NCBI RefSeq assembly: GCF_036321535.1
Contig: NC_087436.1
Coordinates: forward strand, 23,376,001 to 23,440,000
Source of the DNA: Camelus dromedarius
Taxonomy: Eukaryota
DNA: 64,000 nucleotides
Direction: 5' to 3'
The translations under genes were made by a program, and so were the position numbers. Shown here piece after piece: positions 53,670-64,000 of the stretch (the first letter of the stretch is position 1; every line of letters starts with the position of its first letter). Below the pieces are notes generated by a model. It saw only the letters and a list, made by a program, of their open reading frames with translations. It was not told the DNA's origin and did no database searches.

Positions 53670-55119
53670 TATATTAAATGCTTCAAATTTCTATTTATAC
53701 AGTGTTTTGAAGACTACAGAGAAAACAATTTTCATGACAGCTAAGAAGGGTTATATAATATTCAAGCTAAAGCAACAGAAAACGACAAAATCTATGCACT
53801 TGATTTTGAAATTAGATCGAGTATAGGGATGGGTTATACTTCTTTTGCCTGTGTTTTAGCTAACACTAAAATTGAACCAAAAAGTCTTCTACAAAAGTGA
53901 AGTGTTCCATATTAACCAATATAGTAGGTAAGGAAAGAGAAGCCAGTTTCTGAAGTTTTGGCCACATATAACCAGAACAATAGACAATTTATGCATGGCT
54001 TATCAACAGTTTGAATTCATCTGAAAAAAATAAAAGGAAAAAATACCCACAGTAAAACAGGGTGAAGGGGGCTTATTAGAGGAAAAATTACTCTTAGAAA
54101 AATACATTCAAGGTTGGGGTGGAAGAGCATGGTGCGAGGACAGTGCTATAGGATACACCACGCAACCCAAGAGAGGACTACTCACACATAGTTACACACA
54201 TAAGATTACACGCTGATGGTTGAACAGTGCAAAACCTGCCTAACTAGCATGGCAGCCCTGTGCAAAAGGGCAATACCCTTCACTAAAGTAGACCCGAGCA
54301 CTACCAGCTGCCTCTGCACAACAATGATAAAAGACAATTTTTTCCTGTTGTGGTGTGATAAAATAGACTGACCTGAAAATGCTGCTCTTGAATATATTCT
54401 AAGAGTTTCAGGAAATTTAGAGTAATAAACTGGTTTATTTTATATATGTGATCAAAAGGTTTGTTGAGCTCTTTACGTCAAAATATTTGAGCCACGGATT
54501 TTACTTTCTTCAAAATAGGATCAATCTTCATACTCTGCAATGCCTACGTTAGCACAGTACTATGTCAGAACGTGCACTCCATGTAAGATTGAATTTTTCA
54601 ACTATAAAATTTTTTCTCAAACTACAGTTGCTATCAAACCACTTCTACGTCATATGTGCTCTTAAGAGTTCATTTTCAACTCCTGCTCCTACACATAAAA
54701 GCAAATATGACATAAAAAGAGAGAGAATCCAGACCAAAATATCTCAAGTGTGGGAACACTGAAATAAACTTAGGATGCTAAGATTGATCTATTTATCCAA
54801 AATCGGCCTGAGTTCTGAAATAGATATGGTTGTCTGATATTCTTCAACTCTGACCAAAGCTGAGGTCAGATATCATAAAACTTTTCTCAAAAATCAGTCA
54901 ATTTTGGCAACTATCTTCTTCATCTAGCCTTGGTCAGTGGAAGAGAATCTAGACTTACTTTGATAATTTAAGTCCAAGAAGCAGAAGAATGGAGACAGCA
55001 AGGATCAGGAAGTGTGGCACACACCCAACTGATCAGAGATTATCATTTGTATTACCAAATACACATCCACCTACTTTGCTAGTACCCCCAGCAGTACCAC
55101 AACATCCTTCTTCAGAAGA

Positions 55120-55360
55120 CGCAGTTTAGCACAGTGATTAAGAACATGGATTTAGATTACCTGGATTCAAACCCTAGCTCTGCTGTTTATAAGCTCTAGA
55201 ATTTTAGGTAAGGTTAGTTAACATCTTTGCCTCAGTTTCCTCATCTGTAAAGTGAGGATAGTAATAGTACATACCTTATAGTTTTGTTGTGAGAATTTTA
55301 CGAGCTGATATCCATAATGTGCTTGCAACAGTACACAGGTGTTTTATAGTATTAGCTATT
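55120..55360 (+). mobile_element. MIR SINE
   Basis: acctggattcaaaccctagctctg...tgcctcagtttcctcatctgtaaagtgaggatagtaatagtac. Confidence 0.85.
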
Positions 55361-56329
55361 ATCTTCTCTACTTTTTAGCTGTAATTAAGGTCATAAGAAT
55401 TTTAGAAAAATCACCTAGTCTAACTGCTTCAATTTTACAAATAAACCAAGGCCACGATGATAATGGCTTACCCAAGATCAGAGTCAAGACTGAGATTTTG
55501 AGACTTTTCCCTGATACCCATCCAATCTCAACCACCCAACTTTTCTGCATCTAATACTAATTTTCATCATCTGTCATCTACCTATTAGTGAACTAGTAAG
55601 ACTACTAAAATAATACCACTATGCATTAATATACTAAATGCTTTGCATACATTATTAGTTTATCAAATCAACAGGACATTACAACTTACAAATGGAGACG
55701 CTGTATCTCAGACAGGTTATGTATTTTGCCTTAGATTTCACAGGCAAAGTTTGTACCAAGAATTTGAACTCAGGTCTACCTATAAAATCCCTACTTTTTC
55801 CATTATGCAATGGAAGATACTTTAATATGATCCTAATCTAAGTTTGTCAAACATTTTGCAACCCCTGATACCAAATTCCTTTGATATTTCTACTATCTAA
55901 GCAACTGAAGGTAAACTTCATTCCCTTCAAGCCGCATCAAACTTCAACATGGTTTGTTCAGGTTCCTCAAATTCTGACTTGTCCTGGTTAGATAAATCCC
56001 AGTTTAAATTCCATAAGATTAAGAAATGTTTGGCCAAACAAGAATTTGATCAGAAACTAGATCCCCAGAGTGGCTAGCTATATTGAGTTTAATCAATGGG
56101 TTCGTACAGGCACAGAATATATAGGCATATCTTTGGAACCTCAGGTAGATACAGTGTTGAGAACATAGCACCACATCTGTTCTTAATATTACGTCATAGT
56201 ACTGGAATCAATACGTTGAACAGCAAAAGTCCTGCCTTTCAGGAATGTGTCCTCTTTCTCCTTTCTAATCCTAACCCTGAAAATTGTCCAGGAGGAACTC
56301 TGAGATATGCCCATTGAAGAAACTGACCC

Positions 56330-57200
56330 GGACTGCTTTCAGCGCCTGGAAAGATGTCGCCAGCCCTTGTTTTACCGCTCACTCGCTTCCCCCCCACCCC
56401 CGCCTCGGCGTCCTCTCCCCGCATCTCCGAGTTCTCGGCAAAGCAGCCACGGGCGAGTCCAGGCGTGCCAGGGCCCATCCCACCCGAAAGCCCCTCCCGC
56501 AGCCCCATTTCAGGGCGGGCAGCTGGACTGAGGCCTTCGGCTCAGGTGCTGCGGGGTGAAGGCGGCAGGAGGTCCTGCCAGGGACCGCGGACGACCTTCC
56601 CCAAAGGAACCTCTGGGCCAATGAAGAGAAGATGAGAAAAAGAGGTTGCGCAGGGGTTCTGCAGAGAGCCAGGCCTCAGCCGCCCACCAAATGCCCAGGC
56701 CCGGGGACGCTCTTCCCCGGTCCACGAAGCGCTGGGCCGCGTCCAGCCCGCCCCTCCCTCCCGGCTTTCGGCGGTACCGAGGCCACAACTCCAGTCGCCG
56801 GGAGCCAGGCCCTCCGCGGCCCATGACTCCCCTCACCTGCCGTTTCAGACGCCGGCAGGGGGAGGGAACAGGAGGACGCCTCAAGCCCCGACTCTTGGAC
56901 CAACGGGCACCGGCAGCCCCGTCCTCTCCGCCCACAGAGCGTGCGCCGAGATGGGAGTCCCGCCCCGTCCCGCCCGCCGCCAGCCAATCACCACTCAAGA
57001 AGGCACGCATGCGCATTAGCTGCCCTATGTCCCAATCGTCCTATCTCAAGCCCCGGGATCCACCTTTTGCCATAACAAAAGGAAACTGGCATCCAATCAG
57101 GATTGAGGCCGTTGTGGGCGGTTCCGGGAAGAGCAACAGCGAATGACAGTTCAGAAGCTAAATTAAGCGCGGGAAAGCCAGTCCGCGAGAAGCAGCTCTT
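56330..57200. promoter_or_regulatory. CpG island / SCOC promoter
   Basis: GC/CpG-rich; three CCAAT boxes (56984, 57032, 57093), NRF1-like TGCGCATGCGTG (57015-57004), GC boxes, TTCCGGGAA 57122-57130, GCGCGGGAAA 57167-57176. Confidence 0.9.
56837..56960 (-). other. SCOC: SCOC exon 1 (5' end approximate)
   Basis: Donor GCAG|gtgagg at 56837|56836 inside the CpG island; phase joins DHLSRILYPRPK of the next exon. Confidence 0.8.
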
Positions 57201-58224
57201 CAGTCTCAGGAGGACCCTGAAAATGGAGTCAGAAATCCAGTCTGGAAAATTCTGACGGCTGACAGGAAGGAGGTTGGTAAAACTGAACGCTGAACGAGAA
57301 ACAAATTCAAGAAAAGGGCATGTGTGGACGTAATAACAGGGAATGTACAGTGGTTCTTCAATTCTGAAAGCAGACTTTTCCCTATTTTTAATTTCCCAAA
57401 TTGGAAAACCCGTAAGTGTACCTCTAAGGAAGTATACCTCTCCGCATCTTCCCCAAACTAATAAAATCCATAGTGCTCCTGACCATTTCATAATATTTTA
57501 GAATTGAGAAAATACCTTAATACTACTTCAGTATATAGTGCTTTTGTTCACTTTAACCCGTTCGTTCCTCACAGCAACCCACAGAAAGAGGCTTAAAAGT
57601 AAATTAATGTCCTGCTCGAGGCCATAGGCACAGTGTGAAATGCTATGTGTCAGGCTTTGGGATGTAATGTAATCTTGCTTGATATCTTTCACAGTTACCT
57701 AGCACTTTACACAAAGCAGCATCCTGTTTGTTTTTAATATTTGTTATTGTTTTGGCTTTGGCACACTCTCCCAAGTTGTAGAGGTGAGCCCTATGTCTCT
57801 GTTTCTTGACTTTTTACTTCTAGCAGTTTCCTGACATAGGGTCTTACTTCTTTTAAGGAATATTTTTAAAACTTTGTTTCAGTGTTTGAGAACTACATAT
57901 TTGGAGCTAAATTACACAGTATGAGGACATTTACTAGACAGTAGTGCAGGAGCTAAATAAATGGAAAATAAGAGCCAACATAAATCTAATAGTGTCAAAA
58001 AGAGAGACTAGAGAGAATGGGTGTGAGCAGGATTCAAAGAGTAATAGCCAAGAATTTGTCAGGGTTTTAGGACATTTGAATTAGCTTCAAGAAGCACTTA
58101 TTCTTGAGCAGGATTAGAATAAGGAATTCCATAAAGGGACACATGGTGAAGCTGCAGAATACCAAAGACTAGAAGTATTAAAAAGCAGCTTTTTTTCCTA
58201 GAAGGTTTGGGGTGGGTTTTTTCT

Positions 58225-58785
58225 TTTAGTTTTAAATAGAGTAAAATACACATAAAAGATCTGCCACTTAAACTGTTTTAAAGTGTACAGTTCAGTAGTG
58301 TTAAATATATTCTCATTGTTGTGCAACCAGTCCCCAGAACTCTTTTCATCTTGCAAAACTGAAACTCTTTCCCCATTAGACAACTCCCAGTTCACCTCTA
58401 CTAACAGTCCCTGGCAACCACCACTCTTTGTCTCTATCAATTTGACTATTTTAGGTACCTCGTTTAAGTAGAATCATACATATTTGTCTTTTGTGGCTAA
58501 CGTATTTCACTGTGCATAACATCCTCAAAGTTTATACATGTTGTAGCATGTATCAGAATTTCTTCTTTTTTTTAAAGGCTGAGTGTTATTCCATTATATG
58601 ACATACCACAGTTTAGCCATTCAGCATTCAGTGGACACTTGAGTTGCTTTTTGCTTTTTGCTATTATGACTGCTGCTATAAACATGGTCTGTGCAAATAT
58701 CTCTTGGAGACTCTGCTTTCAGTTCTTTTGGGTATGTATCCAGAAGTGGAATTGCTAGATCATACGGTAATTCTATTTTAAAAAG
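58225..58785 (-). mobile_element. L1MB-like 3' end
   Basis: ttttcatcttgcaaaactgaaactct...ccctggcaaccacca...ccagaagtggaattgctagatcatacggtaattctatttt. Confidence 0.85.
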
Positions 58786-58949
58786 CAACTTTTAAAAATG
58801 TGATATTAACACAAAAATAGACAAAAAGAAAGTTAGAGAGAAGCTGTACCTGGAAGTTGGTATACAATAAGGGTGTCTGGTAAGAAAGAAATGTTGGTGA
58901 GGTTGTGGGACAGAATTGTTATTCATTATTCTTGGGAGTAAAACTGGTA

Positions 58950-61190
58950 CAATAACTTTGTTAATAGAAACTTTGTTTCTATAGAAAAGACAAATCATGG
59001 TGGTTTTAGTTAAGTTAGCTATTTATATAAAAATATGAAATTAGATCCTCATCTCACACCACAAGTAAAATTAAACTCCAAATGAAGTAAATGTGAAGTG
59101 TGAAAAACAAAACTAAACTTCTAGGGAAAAAAAAAACAGATGTCTTTGTGACATCACCATGGGGAAGAATTTGTTAAATCAGACAAAACAGTGCCATTCA
59201 TTAAGGAAAAGATTTTAAATTTTGATTATTTTATACACAGAAGAGTTCTAAGTTTTATAAACAGAAGAGAAGACAGTTTAAATCAGGTTAAAAACAATGT
59301 ACAGACTGGGAGAATATAGTAAAGCTCTGAGAATATAAGGAATTCTGAGAAAGATAAAAGTTCAAATAACATAAATAGGCAACTCACAGAGGAGGAAAAA
59401 TGGCCAGACAGATTTCTTTACTGTTTACCTTCACTAGTGATCAGAGGAATTGATATTAAAACAAGATAAAGGAGCCAGTTCATTAAGAAGATGCAGAATC
59501 CTAACAGTGCTACCAAATGGCACTGAAGCAAAAACTGATGGAACTGAGATAAAAAAAAAAACTAGCCCACAACTCTAGTTGGAAAGTTCATCACTCCCCT
59601 CACTGTAATTTGTAACACAAGTATACAGAAAATCTGTAAGGATACAAAACCCAGGTCCCTTGCTTGCCTTCACATGAGAATCACCTGGGAATCTCCTAAT
59701 AACGCCAAAGAACAGGCTACATCCCAGACTTATTAAATCACAATCTCTAGGGTGGGATACTGGCATTAATATTTTTGGAAAATACAAAGATAATTTCAAC
59801 AGAGTACAGGCAAATGTGGAAACTATTGATAGAGAAGATCTGTATGGAAAGTTCTATCAACATATTTGACCTATTTGACATTTATAGAAAATTCCACCCA
59901 ATAGCTGGAGGACATGGCTTCTTTTCAAGTGCACATGGAATGTTCACCAAAGTGGACCATATTCTATCATAAAACAGCATCATCAAATTTTAAATGATCG
60001 AAGTCATAAGAAAATATTTTCTCTGCCCACAAAGGAATTAAACTAGAATTCAATAACAAAAAGATATTTGTAAAACCCAGGTAGTTGGAAGTTAAATTAC
60101 ATGCTTCTAAACAAACTATGGGTCACAAGAGAAATTAGAAAATATTTTAAATTAACTTAAAATGTTAACATGTCAAAATTTGTGGGATGCAATAGAAGCA
60201 ATGCTTACAGAAATTTCTTTACCATTAATTGCTTATATGAGAAAACAAAATAAGAATCTACATGTTCACTTTAAGAAATTAGGAAAAGAAGAACAAATTA
60301 ACTCAAAGCAAGCAAATGAAAGGAAATAATATAATATAGAGCAAAAATTAATTATACTGAAAAGCTTTAAAACAATAGAAAAAATCAATGACATCAAAAG
60401 GTGCTTTTTTGTCTTTTGTTTTTTTAAGGAACAATAAAATTAAAGGCTCTAGGCAGGCTTGTCTAGGAAAAAAAATAAAAGACACCGTAAAATACAGGTA
60501 GCAAGAATGAAAGAGGGGACATCTTTAGAGAATCTGTAGACATTAAAAGGCAATTAGGGAATATTATGAACAACCTTAGCCAATAAATTTGAAAATTTAG
60601 ATGAAATGAACAAATCCCTTGAAAGAAAAAAAATTAAAAATTCGCTCAAGAAGACTAGATGTTACGAATAGCTCTATATCTATTTTAAAATGTCATTACT
60701 AGATTACCTTTCCCACAAAGAATGCTCCAGATCTGAATGATTTCACTGGTAAATTCTTCCGTATATTTTAAGAAATTTTATCAGTTCTCCACAAACTCTT
60801 CAGAAAATAAAACAGGAAAGAACACTTTCCAACTCATTTTGAGAACAGCATTACCCTGATGCCAAAACTAGACAAAGACATTAAAAAACATAAAACTGAA
60901 CATAGATACAAACGTCCTTAATAAATTACTAGGAAATCAAATCTAACATTTGCCCCTAGGCAGAGAGCCTGGGCCTTTGTGATTCTGGCCCCAGGAGTTT
61001 CATTTCTTCAGGGATTATGTTCTCAAGCTGATTCTAAAATTTGTATGGAAATACAAAGGATCTACACTGGAGATGTTCTATAATATCTTGATTGGTGGGG
61101 TGGTTACACAGTGTATCCAATTGCCAAAAGTCATCTCCTGTAACTTAAAATGTGTGTATTTCATTATGTATTATTTTTCCTCAGTAAAAC
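58950..61190 (+). mobile_element. Decayed L1M ORF2/3' fragments with MER5A-like insert at about 59650-59780
   Basis: ttttcaagtgcacatggaatgttcaccaa, aaactagaattcaataacaaaaag, ctccagatctgaatgatttcactggtaaattc; no open frame. Confidence 0.8.
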
Positions 61191-61499
61191 TGTTTTTTTT
61201 CCTTTAATGAGAAGACTACCCAGGATTTCTTTAAGATTTGCAATATGCTAGGTAAGCTACATGTGATATTTTACTCAGTCCTCTAACAATCCAGTGATCT
61301 AGGTATTATCAATTGCATCTTACAGACGAGGAAATCAAGGCTCAAAGAGTGTCTTGTTCCATAGCAGATAGCTAGTGACAGACTGAATTTAAACCTATCT
61401 TTTTTACCTGGGAAATGAGTATCATAATACCTACTTTATTTAATTGTTATTAGGATTGTTAGAATTAAATGAAAATAAAGCACTGCAAAGACTTTAAAA

Positions 61500-62750
61500 A
61501 TTGACTTGGAACTGCAGCCCAAAGAAAGTGGGTTAGAACCTGCATCCTCAACCTAACCAACTGAAGTTCCTACTAAAACAAAATCGACATTCTTCATAGG
61601 GCTTAAACAAGACCCAGGGACCCCTAATGTAATAGTCGAAATGTCCAGGATCCCAACCACAGTTTTTCAGCTTATGAAGAATCACGAACATCTCAATTCA
61701 TATGAGAATAACAATCAACACAGCAACTCTGAGATGTCACAAATGTTGAAATTGTATGGAAAAGATTTTAAGCAGATATTTTAAAATACTTGAACAAGCA
61801 ATTATGAAAAATCCTGAAACAGAAGTTATAATTGAAAGTAGAAGCAACATAATAGAGGCTATAAATAAGAACCAAATGGAAATTTTATAACTAAAAAATA
61901 AAAGAACTGAAATTTAAAACTGTCTGCAAAGACTCAACAGCAGAATGGCAAGGAAAGGGGAATTAGTTAACTTGAGGATACCTCAGTAGAAATTATCCAA
62001 TCTTCCAACACGGAAAAAAAATATGGTAGAAATGGAATAAAAAAAAGTAAACTCAGGAGGAAGGGATAACAAAAAAGATCTAGCATTTGTGTCATCAGAA
62101 TCCCAGAAGGAAAGGAAAAAGAGTATGGTACTGAAAAATATTTGAAGAATTAATGGTTTTTCAAATTTGGCAAAAGACAGTTTCCTAAGGGGAAAGGGTG
62201 ATTAGGAAAATAATGTCTAAAAAGCTCTGAAGGTGGAGCATAATGGAAGACTGTTGAGAAATGCTGATCTGGACTCTGGGCACCAATGTCGCTAACATCA
62301 CACAGAGAACTAAGCAGATAGCATTTACTGTCTGATGACAAAAGAATGCACCACTACCTATAAAGGTCTTTCAGAAAAACAGCAACAACAACAGAAAGCA
62401 GCCTGACCTGATCACGCCCATAAACTAGCAATTTAACAGGAAATAGAGAGGACTGAGAAATATGTTAAATCTACCATCTGGATAAAATTAGCAAAATCTG
62501 ACAACAGAACAAAACAACACCAGGACAAGAACAAACAACAACAAAAGTAAAGCCCCTTTCTTTCCCAAATAAAGTGCACTGGGCATAAAAAGGATGGAAA
62601 GAAGATCTATAGATTAAAAGACACAAAATGTATTTTTAAAAACAGATCAAAAGAACCTATGGCTTATTTTGGATGCACCCTTGAATGATAAAACTACCTT
62701 TAAAATGCAAGAAAATGATTGCCATTAAGTAGGATATGGTAATTTTAGAG
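61500..62750 (+). mobile_element. Old L1M 5'/ORF1 and 3' fragments
   Basis: aaccaaatggaaattttataact...gactcaacagcagaatg...gaaattatccaatct...catcagaatcccagaagg. Confidence 0.7.
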
Positions 62751-64000
62751 CATTCACCTTTTTAAAAATTCAGAATCAAACATGTATCTTGCTAGAGAAT
62801 TTAAACTTTAAAGAAAATCTTTAGACAAACTATCTGAAAAAGATAACATACAAAAAGGTAACCATAACATTAAAAGCAACATATTATTCACAAAATTTTG
62901 CAAATTGGATGAACAGTGTTGCTGATAATTAAGATGTGTCCTTGAATAGAAAAAAATTCTTGAAATGGCAAAAAGGTGACAAGAAAGGACAATAAACCCA
63001 AGTGAATATTGAAAGGGAGCAGAAACTTTGGCACACTCGGCATGAAGTGAACATTCAGTAAACTGTTTATTTACTTTATACAGTATTCCATATTTGCATT
63101 ACATTTTTCAATAAAAAATGGTTTAAAAATAGCCACAAAAATTCCCTTCTTCTGAATAAGGAAAACATACTAGTACAAATAGGAAACACTGAAATTGCAT
63201 AGAAATATTTGATTATAAAATGGACATTCATGTGCTCTGGAATGTGCATATATTAATATTATAAACCATCTAAATAAAAGCACAAATTTAAATATTCATC
63301 ATAGAGAATGGAAAACTCCAAATTGAACACCATTGTTACAAGGCAAAGTAGTCTATGAGGAAGAAATGATAAATAATAGCGAACTTCCAAGATCATTTTG
63401 ATGTTCTAGTCTGACATTCTCTCATCAAGAAATAAAAACTTTGAGCTTGTTTTCAGTAATTAGAGGGTTCTAAACATACTGTGGATATTTTAAAGTGAAA
63501 TATGCTAACTGGAGACATTTTGATAACTTTCAAGTGTAACCAGGTGCATTCTCTCATACTTCCATGCTCATTAATTTGCAAAATATGTTTCGTCTCATTC
63601 CTAAAAAAGAACTCACTTTTTCCTTTTTACTTATTTTTTTTCCCTTGAAAGGTTATTGAATTCATTGGAGAGTGAATATTGTCCTGAATTTGGTGAGTGA
63701 AGAATATATTCTGCCTGTTGAAACTTGATTTCAAAACTAGACTCAATAGTATACTACACTGCTATTTGGTGAATTAAGTTGTGCCTGTTTACTTTTCTAA
63801 AGATTACAGTTTTTTGATAATAACTAATCATTGGCTAATTTGAGCAGAATCATTTTCATTCGTTTGTTCAATAGACAAAATGTAAGAAATTACTAGTGTA
63901 TTTTTAGTGTTTCTCAAATGAAAACTCAGAAGGATTTCCAGGTCTCCATGGAATCAAGCTTTGAAGATTTTGACAAAATTGAAAATAATGAAGAATGACT

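Noticed and set aside
56096..57491. Cluster of ORFs up to 168 aa at the SCOC promoter
   Set aside because: CpG-island artefacts; only the exon-1 portions discussed under findings relate to SCOC.
59460..61060. Active L1 ORF2 / reverse transcriptase gene
   Set aside because: Heavily interrupted by stops and indels; longest ORFs are under 80 aa.
1..64000. CRISPR arrays, operons or a novel multi-gene system
   Set aside because: No regularly spaced repeats or prokaryote-like gene density; the window is largely explained by CLGN, SCOC and mammalian repeats.

Overview
Mammalian genomic DNA, most likely camelid, judged from a vic-1-type tRNA-derived SINE. It holds two complete, convergently transcribed genes. 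CLGN (calmegin, testis ER lectin chaperone, calnexin paralogue) lies on + from a CpG-island promoter at about 0.85-1.9 kb to a poly(A) signal at about 41.57 kb; it has a non-coding exon 1 and 14 coding exons that splice to 1833 nt (610 aa). SCOC (short coiled-coil protein) lies on - from a CpG island at about 56.3-57.2 kb to a poly(A) signal at about 47.53 kb; three coding exons give 249 nt (82 aa). The rest is intronic or intergenic DNA rich in decayed L1, L2, MIR, MaLR/ERV LTR and Tigger-type elements. I found no convincing novel multi-gene system. The best leads are: a SCOC 5' extension that appears frameshifted relative to the human long isoform and would act as a uORF ending on the main AUG; NAGNAG acceptors in both genes; young retro-insertions with intact TSDs; an internally rearranged L1; an antisense solo LTR; and a candidate divergent transcript from the SCOC promoter. 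Repeat family names and comparisons with human proteins come from recall and were not checked against databases.
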